DNA from: a virus
Lineage: Duplodnaviria > Caudoviricetes
Virus record (IMG/VR): IMGVR_UViG_3300042889_001694
Coordinates: 1 to 60,573 of that record
Direction: 5' to 3' (one strand)
Length of the DNA: 60,573 nt
Below the pieces are notes generated by a model, which saw only the letters and a list, made by a program, of their open reading frames with translations, was not told the origin of the DNA and ran no database searches. Shown in pieces: positions 37,962 through 47,491 of the stretch. A program made the position numbers and the translations under genes. The number at the start of each line of letters is the position of its first letter. Position 1 is the first letter of the stretch.

Positions 37962-38902
37962 AACTCAGTCAGTTGGTATCCTATGTGAATCATCTTGACT
38001 CGTGGGATTCCGAGTCAGCAACAATCGCTCAAACTCAGCAACTTGCGCCAATAATGCATAGTGTGAACTCACATGAATTGCAATTTCCTGAGTTGACAAA
38101 TCAGTTGAGTAGAAATTTTGCTAGTGTGCTAAACGAGATTGATTGTTTCAAATCCACAGTTGAATCAGTACGGTCTGCTGTTCAAGCACGTATTGACCTA
38201 CAGGAAGGGGACTACTATACAAATAGTACGTTTTTGCACGACAGGGAAATGCGCAATGACAGTGTGGAATGGATTTTGAATCGACGACTTGTGCTGACTC
38301 AAGAAGCAACTGATTTCATATTGGCAAGGATTTTCAAGTATACTGATTGGCGTTACCCTGGCTTGATCATCAGGCCTGGCCTAGACGACTGGATAACACA
38401 CTTGGTTGCACTGGATCCATTGTACCTAGTGGATCAAAATTTTGATCTAATGGCGCCAGCAACTTCAAGATTTGTAAACGAATACACTAGACGGCTAAGA
38501 CGATATCTAGTGGACGAGTATAACGAACGAGAAAGCATGTTGCATGAGTTGCCTGATAACCAAATTGGGTTTATGCTGGTATATAACTATTTTAATTTCA
38601 AGCCCATTGAATTGATAGCGCAATACCTGTCCACATTGTTTACCAAGTTGCGGCCCGGTGGCTGCCTGGCAATGACCTTCAACAACTGTGACCGGGCAGC
38701 CGGGGTAGATCTAGCCGAGCGAAGTTTTGCTTGTTATACCCCCGAGTCTCGTGTTATGAACATAATTAATACTCTGGGATTTGTAGTTGCCCACAGATAC
38801 GATATTGATGCGGCAGTTACCTGGATTGAATTACACAAGCCAGGTCAATTAACCAGCATCAAAGGTGGTCAAGCTCTAGCCAAAATCGTTGCTAGTAATT
38901 GA
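37958..38902 (+). CDS. Coiled-coil plus degenerate SAM-methyltransferase-like protein
   Basis: 'LYLVD', 'NYFNF', 'LRPGG..AMTF'; motif I degenerate ('IIRPG'). Confidence 0.55.
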   Translation: MKLSQLVSYVNHLDSWDSESATIAQTQQLAPIMHSVNSHELQFPELTNQLSRNFASVLNEIDCFKSTVESVRSAVQARIDLQEGDYYTNSTFLHDREMRNDSVEWILNRRLVLTQEATDFILARIFKYTDWRYPGLIIRPGLDDWITHLVALDPLYLVDQNFDLMAPATSRFVNEYTRRLRRYLVDEYNERESMLHELPDNQIGFMLVYNYFNFKPIELIAQYLSTLFTKLRPGGCLAMTFNNCDRAAGVDLAERSFACYTPESRVMNIINTLGFVVAHRYDIDAAVTWIELHKPGQLTSIKGGQALAKIVASN

Positions 38903-38917
38903 AATTGCCTATATACT
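38889..38917 (+). promoter_or_regulatory. sigma70-type promoter
   Basis: TTGCTA-N17-TATACT upstream of SD AGGAG. Confidence 0.55.
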
Positions 38918-38939
38918 ATACTCATTACAGGAGAAAAAT

Positions 38940-39671
38940 ATGAGAGATCATTTGTTAGATTTAGTAGGTCACACACACGACCTGGGTTGCATTGGACTTA
39001 TCAAAGTCACTGGCACAGCCGATACTACCGAAGTAGATGGCATGGCCGAAGACCGGTCAGTTGTGCTTCAGGCCAAGTACCATGTGCCAGTTGGTGACTT
39101 TGTTGGTATGTTTGGTATGCCAAACTTGGATAAATTAAAAATTCTTTTGAACATTCAAGAGTATCGAGAGAATGCCAACATCAGTGTTACTCGCCAGAGC
39201 CGTAACGGAGTTGATGTTCCGGTGGGATTGCAATTTGAGAACAAGGTTGGTGACTTTAAAAACGATTTCCGATTCATGACATCGGAAGTGGTTGCAGAGA
39301 AACTCAAAACTGCTGTGATGCGAGGTGTTAATTGGAACATTGAATTTGAGCCGACCAATGCCAGTATTCAGCGACTCAAGATGCAGGCGCAGGCCAATGC
39401 CGAAGAACCCAATTTCAAAGTTCGAGTGGAATCTGGCAATCTAAAGTTTAACTTTGGAGACCACAGCACACACGCTGGGGAGTTTGTGTTTCACCCAGGC
39501 GTTTCTGGCACGCTCAAGCATGTGTGGGCTTGGCCAGTTAAGCAAGTAATCAGCATACTTGATCTAGTTGGCGACAAGGTTATGCGCATTGCCGAAGATG
39601 GTGCTATGCAAATCACAGTGGATTCAGGACTAGCCGAATACACATACACTTTACCTGCACAAAGCAAGTGA
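38940..39671 (+). CDS. Probable DNA polymerase sliding clamp
   Basis: ~243 aa alpha/beta protein near polB; ends 'GAMQITVDSGLAEYTYTLPA', like the terminal strands of PCNA/gp45. Confidence 0.6.
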   Translation: MRDHLLDLVGHTHDLGCIGLIKVTGTADTTEVDGMAEDRSVVLQAKYHVPVGDFVGMFGMPNLDKLKILLNIQEYRENANISVTRQSRNGVDVPVGLQFENKVGDFKNDFRFMTSEVVAEKLKTAVMRGVNWNIEFEPTNASIQRLKMQAQANAEEPNFKVRVESGNLKFNFGDHSTHAGEFVFHPGVSGTLKHVWAWPVKQVISILDLVGDKVMRIAEDGAMQITVDSGLAEYTYTLPAQSK

Positions 39672-41194
39672 TTGAACAACACGATCTAACCGCAGCTCAA
39701 AAAGACTACGCAGTGTTTTTACCTGCGGTGTCGAGCTTTTATTCCACATATATAGGCAAACAAAGATTTGACCCATATATTCCTCCAACCAGGATGCCAC
39801 AAGGCATTCCCGACATGGAACAACTGAATTGGCTTAATCCACAAAAAGGGCTGTTTCCTTACAAGTGGAGTTTGTACAGTGCAGGACATGCCAACTTAGA
39901 TCTTACAAAACATAATCCCAAAGAGGACATGATTCGCAATCGTGACCCCAACAGTTTTATGATTGCCGATTCGGGTGGGTTCCAAATTGCCAAAGGTGTC
40001 TGGCCCGGCCGTTGGGCTGACCCCACTGACAAAGAAGCTGAGAAAAAGCGCAGAGCAGTGTTGGAGTGGCAGTGTGGTATTGCCACATATGGAATGACCA
40101 TGGATATACCCACATGGACATGTACCAATCCAGAATGGGCGGCTGCGGCAGGTATCTACAGTTATGATGATGCAGTCAAGGCAACCAAATACAATAATGA
40201 ATACTGGATGGCAAACCGTCATGGCAATGTTAAGATTCTAAATGTATTGCAAGGAGCCAATCATGCCGATGCCGACAACTGGTACGAGGTTATGAAAGAC
40301 TATTGCAACGCTGACAAACATCAGCGACCATTTGACGGTTGGGGCATGGGTGGTCAGAACATGTGCGATGTTCATCTTGTGCTTCGTCGGCTGGTGTCAT
40401 TGATACACGATGGCTTGTTGGAAAAAGGTCAACATGACTGGATGCACTTTTTGGGAACTAGTAAATTGGAATGGGCGGTGTTGCTAACTGACATCCAACG
40501 TGCTGTTAGACATTATCATAATCCCAATTTTACCATCAGCTTTGATTGTGCTAGTCCTTTCCTGGCCACTGCCAATGGACAATTGTATCACAGTATTGTG
40601 ACCGAGAATCGTGACAAGTGGAGTTATCGCATGAGTTCCACTGTGGATGACAAAAAGTACTCGCTGGATAATCGATTGTTCGGTGATGCAGTAAGACAAG
40701 ACAAGATACATAATAATTTTGAAGACAGTCCCATTTCCAGTCGGTTGAAAGTTTCAGATATCTGTGTCTACAAACCAGGTGACTTGAACAAGATTGGCAA
40801 AGAAGGCAAAACCAGTTGGGATAGTTTCAGTTATGCATTGCTTATGGGTCACAACGTGTGGACTCACATTGAAGCTGTGCAACGTGCCAATCGAGTGTAC
40901 GATTCAGGTCAGGGTCCTGGCATGTTGATGCATCCACATGACAAATGGTATGACTTTAGAAGTGTGATTGAACGTGTGTTTGCTGCTCGCGACAGACAAA
41001 AGAGTCTGCAGATTATTGATGATCATGCCAGCATTTGGGAACGAGTGATTGGCACACGTGGGTACACTGGCAAACGAGCATTTAACTCACTCAGTATGTT
41101 TAACAACTTGTTTGACACTGGATCCACTGCCGAGGTTGACGCAGAAGAATCACTTGATGAAGGATTGCTTGATCAACTGGAAGGCAGTGTTTGA
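39668..41194 (+). CDS. tRNA-guanine-transglycosylase-like protein (DpdA-like base-exchange enzyme)
   Basis: TGT motifs 'ADSGGFQ', 'MTMDIP', 'NVLQG', 'GWGMGG', 'HFLG', 'SFDCASP', 'HN'. Confidence 0.8.
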   Translation: MIEQHDLTAAQKDYAVFLPAVSSFYSTYIGKQRFDPYIPPTRMPQGIPDMEQLNWLNPQKGLFPYKWSLYSAGHANLDLTKHNPKEDMIRNRDPNSFMIADSGGFQIAKGVWPGRWADPTDKEAEKKRRAVLEWQCGIATYGMTMDIPTWTCTNPEWAAAAGIYSYDDAVKATKYNNEYWMANRHGNVKILNVLQGANHADADNWYEVMKDYCNADKHQRPFDGWGMGGQNMCDVHLVLRRLVSLIHDGLLEKGQHDWMHFLGTSKLEWAVLLTDIQRAVRHYHNPNFTISFDCASPFLATANGQLYHSIVTENRDKWSYRMSSTVDDKKYSLDNRLFGDAVRQDKIHNNFEDSPISSRLKVSDICVYKPGDLNKIGKEGKTSWDSFSYALLMGHNVWTHIEAVQRANRVYDSGQGPGMLMHPHDKWYDFRSVIERVFAARDRQKSLQIIDDHASIWERVIGTRGYTGKRAFNSLSMFNNLFDTGSTAEVDAEESLDEGLLDQLEGSV

Positions 41195-41195
41195 C

Positions 41196-41852
41196 GTGAA
41201 TCTTGTGTGCTATCCACACTATGCTGCCGGCGGGCTGGTTTGTAATATACTCAACAATCAGCCCAACACCAACATAACATCCGCAACGTTGTTGGGTCAT
41301 GGCGAGCACGAACTATTCATTGGTGACAGCGATGATGTGTTTGATGAATACTCTGTGGAGGCGTTCAATAAAAAATACCAAGCATTGCTTGGCCGAGATA
41401 GTTTGCTGCCCTGGCAAGGCACGCACTGCCATCCCAAGTTATTGGATCAAGCCATGTTTGAGTCAATATTATCTATCACAACTGCTTCTATAAAAAGCAA
41501 ACTCTATAGATGGATTCGTGTGTACAATTTATATTTTGCACAGAGATGGGCGCAATTGTCTCGGGCACAGCATGATGACAAAATGAGATCCACAGCAAAA
41601 AGTTATCTATTGCCATTTTACCAGTGCAATTATTCTAATGCTTTCAATCTAGAGTTTAGCGACATTGTGGAAAAAACTCCCAGGTTCACAAGACTATGCC
41701 GTCATCTAGCCGGCAACTGTGATTTGACCAAAGTTGACCAGTGGCTAGAACACAATAGTTTTTTAACCAATTTTACCAGCACCAAAGAATACGAATTCTT
41801 TATGCAGGCCGAGTACGAGATCAGCACCCAGCAGGCATATGAGTTCCAGTAA
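41196..41852 (+). CDS. Sulfotransferase-like hypothetical protein
   Basis: N-terminal 'VCYPHYAAGGLVCNIL'; start codon uncertain. Confidence 0.5.
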   Translation: MNLVCYPHYAAGGLVCNILNNQPNTNITSATLLGHGEHELFIGDSDDVFDEYSVEAFNKKYQALLGRDSLLPWQGTHCHPKLLDQAMFESILSITTASIKSKLYRWIRVYNLYFAQRWAQLSRAQHDDKMRSTAKSYLLPFYQCNYSNAFNLEFSDIVEKTPRFTRLCRHLAGNCDLTKVDQWLEHNSFLTNFTSTKEYEFFMQAEYEISTQQAYEFQ

Positions 41853-42588
41853 TACAATTTACACTTTTGGTGATGGGTTTGCCCATGGGCATATCTGGCC
41901 TGAATGGCCGCAAATACTAGCGGCTCTGTTGCCCGATTATCAAATTGTAAATTGTTCTGGCATTGGTGCTGGTAATGAATTTATATTCAGTAATTTAGTA
42001 AATAAATTAATTCAAAACCCAACCGCCATTTATGTTGCACAATGGGCCGGCACAACCAGATTTGATAAACTTATTCAAGACTCTTCCTGGGATCCAGTTA
42101 TTCAACAGGACCCAGCATATTCCAAGAATTTTCAAACCACAGATGGTAACACCTGGTGGTTATCAAGTGCAAGTCAACTGCCGCAAATACAAAAATATCA
42201 CGCAGAGTACGTGCAAGTTGAGCAGGCTCAGTTAAGAACGTTTAACTACATTTGGACTGCAAATCAATTGCTCAAGCACACACAAAATTACATGTTTAGC
42301 AGTTATAGATTTCGGTTTCTCACTGATTCGCAACAGGCTCTCTGTCAACTGCACCCCGACATGACTTCGTTCTCCCAGTCACCGGAATTGGCCAAATTCC
42401 TTACCAAAGAAGTGCAGCCGCATCCAATTGTTCACTTGGAATGGATAAAGCAAATGCTTTTGCCCACCTTGCAAATCAACGTTGATCCAGAATGGCTTGA
42501 CGTATTAACAAAAAGAATGTATAATCAAAACTGGATACCATATGACATTGATCGATCTAGCATATGGGCAAAAATTATTAACCCGTAA
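41839..42588 (+). CDS. SGNH-like hypothetical protein
   Basis: 'TFGDGFAHG', 'WPQIL', 'GAGNE', 'QW...RFD', 'QPHPIVH'. Confidence 0.6.
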   Translation: MSSSNTIYTFGDGFAHGHIWPEWPQILAALLPDYQIVNCSGIGAGNEFIFSNLVNKLIQNPTAIYVAQWAGTTRFDKLIQDSSWDPVIQQDPAYSKNFQTTDGNTWWLSSASQLPQIQKYHAEYVQVEQAQLRTFNYIWTANQLLKHTQNYMFSSYRFRFLTDSQQALCQLHPDMTSFSQSPELAKFLTKEVQPHPIVHLEWIKQMLLPTLQINVDPEWLDVLTKRMYNQNWIPYDIDRSSIWAKIINP

Positions 42589-42596
42589 GGACCAGA

Positions 42597-43133
42597 ATGA
42601 TTAGAGAAAACCATGACGGTGTGAGATTTTTTACTGGGATCGAAATTGAGAAAACTCCAGCATTTAACAAACAGACTTTGTTTGTGGTAGGAGTTCAGCC
42701 TGTTGAAGAAATACAAGATTGGCTTGACGACTTTGCTTCATATGAAGACAAATCCAAACACGTTGAACACATTTATTTTGGTGCCAACATGAGTTTTCCC
42801 AAATACGACACCAATGCTCGTGGTTGGCTAGACTGGGAGAACATGATCAAGTCATTCTTGGATAAAGGTTATGTATGCACATTGGATATTGATTCTAGTT
42901 GTGTAGAGGGATTGTTAGAATCTGGATTGTGCGAGAACAACAACTTCATTCCCATGATTTCGGTCAAATTGCCCTATATACAACAGCTAGGATATAATGC
43001 TACAATCAAGCTAGACGACAAAGACTTTGATGCTACCAACCCTGGTGTCTGGTGTCACAGCGTACACGCACTAATGCGTCGATCAGTGTTTACTAAGTGG
43101 AATGAATATACCAAGGACGACCCACTTGCATAA
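42597..43133 (+). CDS. Hypothetical protein
   Basis: SD AAGGA; 'GIEIEKTP', 'HIYFGAN', 'TNPGVW'. Confidence 0.78.
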   Translation: MIRENHDGVRFFTGIEIEKTPAFNKQTLFVVGVQPVEEIQDWLDDFASYEDKSKHVEHIYFGANMSFPKYDTNARGWLDWENMIKSFLDKGYVCTLDIDSSCVEGLLESGLCENNNFIPMISVKLPYIQQLGYNATIKLDDKDFDATNPGVWCHSVHALMRRSVFTKWNEYTKDDPLA

Positions 43134-43173
43134 TAAGTATCATGTATTTACAAATTTTTAATACCTATCAAAT

Positions 43174-43617
43174 ATGAACCAAGCACTCAGAGAACAAGCA
43201 GAACGTATCAAACTCAAGGCCGAACGTAAAATTTGGGTTACCTTTCGAAAAGAAGGGATTCACAAATATCCGGCTGCATTAACTGACCCTACCCTTGCCA
43301 CTGGAGATGAGTATGATGTAAGTTTTCTTGGATACCCACATAGACATATCTTTCACTTCCAAGTCTGGATTGATGTTTTACACAACGATCGAGATATCGA
43401 GTTCATCCAGTTCAAACGCTGGTTGGAAAATCTTTACAAAGATGCTGTGCTCACTCTAGACTTTAAAAGTTGCGAGATGATGGCAGATGACCTATATATA
43501 CATATAGCAAGTCGATATCCCGACCGTGCCATATGGATTGAAGTTTCCGAAGACGGTGAGAACGGAGCTTTAATCAAGTATGAAACCCAACAAGCCAACC
43601 TCTCAGTTAAAATTTAA
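43174..43617 (+). CDS. QueD/PTPS-like T-fold protein
   Basis: 'EGIH', HxH 'PHRHIFH', 'IEF', 'SCEMMA', 'VSEDGEN' parallel QueD metal and substrate motifs. Confidence 0.65.
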   Translation: MNQALREQAERIKLKAERKIWVTFRKEGIHKYPAALTDPTLATGDEYDVSFLGYPHRHIFHFQVWIDVLHNDRDIEFIQFKRWLENLYKDAVLTLDFKSCEMMADDLYIHIASRYPDRAIWIEVSEDGENGALIKYETQQANLSVKI

Positions 43618-43630
43618 TAAGGCAAATCAA

Positions 43631-43837
43631 ATGGCCAAGATGACATTTACCCCCAATCCAAAAGTACACACTATTTTTGAGGATCTCGAACGTTACTGCG
43701 AGTTCTGTCAAGATTTTGGATATCGGTTTAACGAAAGCGATTTGTACAACTGGAAAAGCTATGCTTACCAGCAGTACAGCAAATTCGCACAAGGCAAATT
43801 TGCCAAAGACATGTGGATCGTAGATAGACGTCGTTGA
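43631..43837 (+). CDS. Small hypothetical protein
   Basis: 68-aa ORF in an operon; aromatic-rich. Confidence 0.7.
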   Translation: MAKMTFTPNPKVHTIFEDLERYCEFCQDFGYRFNESDLYNWKSYAYQQYSKFAQGKFAKDMWIVDRRR

Positions 43838-43838
43838 A

Positions 43839-44561
43839 ATGACACAACCAACGTTGCTAATTGTAGGCGACAGTTGGGGTTGCGGTGAATGGGACCACAA
43901 CGGCGACCACCAACTGGTGCTCAATCATCCTGGCATGGAAGAGTACCTTGGCAAACATTTCAAGGTTGTGAATCTAAGCAGGGGGTATAGCAGTCACTGG
44001 CAGACTTGCTATGCTCTTTGGAACTACTTGGACACACGAGTAGATGATTCTGAACTTAAAATATTAGTCTTGCAGACCGACGCATTTCGTCCGTTACTGC
44101 ATGAACGATACGATATTGATCTAGACAGCGTTTACTCGCAGTCAACAAGTTTGTTTCATTTGTACGAACAACTGATTGAACTGTTTTACATCAAGCTTGA
44201 TGGTATTGCACAGCAGTTTGACACAGACATTTGGTTGTCGGGCGGTGTTACTGATTTACATACTGGAATTTTGCCAAGTTTTACCAAACTAGTTCCAGTT
44301 TGCACAAGTTGGATACAGTTGTTAGACCAACGACACGTGCCCAGCATCATTCCCTTGAGAATTGATCCAAACTTTTTCTCCACTGCCAAACAACACAACC
44401 GTTATGATCTTTGCAGACAAATTTCTGACTACAGCGATCAACATTTTCTGGGATTGCAAGAAATGCTAGAGACCAATCTGTTTGGACCCGCACACGGTGA
44501 TTTTCACCCCAGTAGATTAGGACATCAAGTGTTTGCTAATCACATACTCAATCGTGTATAA
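43839..44561 (+). CDS. SGNH-like hypothetical protein
   Basis: 'IVGDSWGCG', 'NLSRGYSS', 'DFHPSRLGH'. Confidence 0.65.
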   Translation: MTQPTLLIVGDSWGCGEWDHNGDHQLVLNHPGMEEYLGKHFKVVNLSRGYSSHWQTCYALWNYLDTRVDDSELKILVLQTDAFRPLLHERYDIDLDSVYSQSTSLFHLYEQLIELFYIKLDGIAQQFDTDIWLSGGVTDLHTGILPSFTKLVPVCTSWIQLLDQRHVPSIIPLRIDPNFFSTAKQHNRYDLCRQISDYSDQHFLGLQEMLETNLFGPAHGDFHPSRLGHQVFANHILNRV

Positions 44562-44562
44562 T
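44533..44562 (+). promoter_or_regulatory. sigma70-type promoter
   Basis: TTGCTA-N18-TATAAT upstream of the glycosyltransferase. Confidence 0.5.
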
Positions 44563-44589
44563 ACACAAATAAACTACCAAGGTACAACA

Positions 44590-45828
44590 ATGAGAAAACT
44601 ATATTACATGGGGCTTGAAAGTTACGAAGCCCGGTACACACTACAACTAACTGAATGGAATCGCCGAGTATTTGATCAGCGCGGCCTTGATGTGGTATAT
44701 GTACCAGGCACTACACTAGACAATACAAAAGCAATCAGTGTGGGGCAAGTGCTGGACGCACATGGCCGCAGTTATTTTGGCATGAGTCAAATTATGAACT
44801 TGGTTCAATTGATGAAGAATGGAGAAGTTACAAATGAAGATGTTATCTACTTTGAAGACATGTTTCAACCCGGCATTGAATCCCTTCCTTACATATTTGA
44901 TCAGATCCCTGCTAGTCAGCGTCCCCGTGTTTTTGTTAGGTGTCTTGCTCAGTCCATTGATCCTGATGACTTCGTACATGTATGGGGTATGGCAAAATGG
45001 ATGGGACTTTACGAACAAATGGTTAATGAGTTCGTGGATGGGGTTCTCGCAACAAACGAAGAGATGGTTGCTCATATGCGCATTGCTGGATGGCGTGCTC
45101 CTATATATAATATTAGTGGCCTAGCATTTGGCAAGGAAGAAGTGTTAGAGCGTGTTGGTGGTGCAGGAAACATCCGACCATTTGATCAACGAACAATGCG
45201 TGTGGGATTTGCCGCAAGATTTGATCAAGAGAAACAACCTGATTTTTACATGGACTTGATTGAGATGTACCTTGCCCAAGGGTATCAGACACAAATAGAG
45301 TTTGCTATCTTCCAGGGCGGACCACTACGTAGTAATAATCCCAAGTATGTCAAACGTGCTAGGCAGTTAGAAGCTCAGGGCAAACTCAAAATCTACGAAA
45401 ACCTAAAGAAAAATGATTACTATAATCTGCTTAATGATACTCGTGTGCTGTTTAATTGTGCCCTTCAAGATTGGGTTAGTAACACAGTTAGTGAAGCGGA
45501 TACATTAGGATGTAATGTACTGTATCCTGCATATCGTAGTTTCCCCGAGACTTTTGCAAACGATCCCAACCGACTCTACATTCCTTGGAGCATAGATGAT
45601 GCATGCACCAAACTTGACAACTTGCTAGCAGATCCTCATCACAATATGGGTCTTATTAGTGACTGGAACAACGGCACAATTGACCGTACAATCGACATAA
45701 TGGAAACTGCTGGCACCATAGCCGAAGCTGGGCCTGGATGCAAGGCTACTAAATGGTATCGTGGTGGAAATAGATATCGCGACAGCGTTAGTGAAGCTAA
45801 GTATCATGTGAAAAGGATTGAAACTTGA
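44590..45828 (+). CDS. GT-B fold glycosyltransferase
   Basis: 'FAARFDQEKQP', 'QDWVSNTVSEADTLGC', 'SFPE', resembling the GT4 E-x7-E region. Confidence 0.75.
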   Translation: MRKLYYMGLESYEARYTLQLTEWNRRVFDQRGLDVVYVPGTTLDNTKAISVGQVLDAHGRSYFGMSQIMNLVQLMKNGEVTNEDVIYFEDMFQPGIESLPYIFDQIPASQRPRVFVRCLAQSIDPDDFVHVWGMAKWMGLYEQMVNEFVDGVLATNEEMVAHMRIAGWRAPIYNISGLAFGKEEVLERVGGAGNIRPFDQRTMRVGFAARFDQEKQPDFYMDLIEMYLAQGYQTQIEFAIFQGGPLRSNNPKYVKRARQLEAQGKLKIYENLKKNDYYNLLNDTRVLFNCALQDWVSNTVSEADTLGCNVLYPAYRSFPETFANDPNRLYIPWSIDDACTKLDNLLADPHHNMGLISDWNNGTIDRTIDIMETAGTIAEAGPGCKATKWYRGGNRYRDSVSEAKYHVKRIET

Positions 45829-46772
45829 AAATAGTTTATGTTACTGGATGTTTGGGATTTATTGGTGGTCACGTGACAAGGCAATGTCTTGAACGTGGCT
45901 GGCGTGTTATGGGCGTGGACAAAAAAACTTATGCTAGTAATTCAGATCTATTAGATGAGTTTGGTGCAAATCCAAACTTTAAATTTTTACAACAAGACAT
46001 CAATGATCTTGAATTACTTTATGATTGCGATTATGTGATTAACACAGCTGCCGAATCTCATGTGGACAACAGCATCATGAGTAGCGATGTGTTTTTGAGA
46101 AGCAATATCAATGGGGTGCATCATCTACTTGAGTTGATTCGAGCAATGCCGCCTGTGCGCAGACCAATTTTTTTGCATTTTAGCACAGACGAAGTTTATG
46201 GAGATATTGTTGACGGTAGTCATACCGAGCAGGATATCTTAACACCAAGCAATCCGTACAGTGCCAGCAAGGCCGCAGCCGACATGTTGGTTTTGGCCTG
46301 GGCACGTACTCACAACATTCGCTATGTAATTGTTAGACCCACAAACAATTATGGTATTGGGCAATATGTGGAAAAACTAATTCCAAAATCAATTAAATTT
46401 TTGTCGTTGAATCGCAAAATTGATTTGCATGATAATGGAAACCCAAGTCGAGTATGGTTGCATGCCGGCGACACTGCCCGTGCTGTAATACACATCATTG
46501 ACCAAGGTGTCACTGGTGAGATCTACAACATAAGCGGCAATGCTGAAATGCCAAATCGAGAAGTGATAAAAAAAATATTGTCTTACTATTTTGATGTCGA
46601 TCATGACCATGACTGGGAATCTTTTGTTACTCCTAGTTCTAGACAAGGTCAGGACGTAAGATATGCCATCAATGATAGCAAATTAAAACAATTGGGTTGG
46701 ACTGCAACTGCTGACTTTGATCAAGAATTAGCCCAAGTAGTTAAACACTACAGGAATAATTTTGTATGGTAA
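45825..46772 (+). CDS. rfbB: dTDP-glucose 4,6-dehydratase
   Basis: 'GCLGFIG', 'AAESHVD', 'STDEVYG', 'PYSASKA', 'NNYG', 'D.RYA'. Confidence 0.88.
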   Translation: MKIVYVTGCLGFIGGHVTRQCLERGWRVMGVDKKTYASNSDLLDEFGANPNFKFLQQDINDLELLYDCDYVINTAAESHVDNSIMSSDVFLRSNINGVHHLLELIRAMPPVRRPIFLHFSTDEVYGDIVDGSHTEQDILTPSNPYSASKAAADMLVLAWARTHNIRYVIVRPTNNYGIGQYVEKLIPKSIKFLSLNRKIDLHDNGNPSRVWLHAGDTARAVIHIIDQGVTGEIYNISGNAEMPNREVIKKILSYYFDVDHDHDWESFVTPSSRQGQDVRYAINDSKLKQLGWTATADFDQELAQVVKHYRNNFVW

Positions 46773-47491
46773 AAAATTATTTGGTATGTTCAGTGCGTCC
46801 TATATCAGAAAATTGGATGGGCAATGATAGTTCACAATTATATTTAGACTATCAAGAAATGTATCGTTTAAGACTAGCCAGTTTTCAACATTTTGTAAAA
46901 GAACCATTTGAAACAATACTGTGGACGGATCCTGCCACCAACGGCGATACTTGTGCATATCAAAATTGGTTAGATATTAAAGATTTGTGGCACCGAGAAC
47001 CCTGCAATATATTTTGGGCAGGTGCCGACACACTTATGATACGGCCTACAGAATTGTTTTCTGACAGATTCCCCGAATACCGATTGTTTAATTATACTGA
47101 TCCAAAAAGTCATAATGAGTGTATACACCATTTCAACGATGATATACAATATTATCCACATACCATGTTGGATCATGTATGGAAACTTGGAGAAGACTGG
47201 TTGGAACAAAGAGAAACTCACCCAGACCGTAATTGGGGATTTGATCAGTTAAGGCATAATGCTATGTTTTGGAACCAAGACATTGATGAGTCTGATCGAT
47301 TACATCCAGAGATGGCCTATCAAGCAATGCGTTTAAGATCCTTGGATCAAAATGCAATAACCTGGCACAATGAATGGAACCGTATATCCATAAATCAGGC
47401 ACACATATTGCATTTTCACGGCAGTCGCGGTAGTCAGGAAGTAATAAACATTATGAGAAAAATTTCTAATCAACTTGGGATTAAATTATGA
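46766..47491 (+). CDS. Possible nucleotide-sugar transferase-like protein
   Basis: 'FWAGADTL', 'FDQ', 'ILHFHGSR' resemble GT-A fold motifs. Confidence 0.45.
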   Translation: MVKNYLVCSVRPISENWMGNDSSQLYLDYQEMYRLRLASFQHFVKEPFETILWTDPATNGDTCAYQNWLDIKDLWHREPCNIFWAGADTLMIRPTELFSDRFPEYRLFNYTDPKSHNECIHHFNDDIQYYPHTMLDHVWKLGEDWLEQRETHPDRNWGFDQLRHNAMFWNQDIDESDRLHPEMAYQAMRLRSLDQNAITWHNEWNRISINQAHILHFHGSRGSQEVINIMRKISNQLGIKL

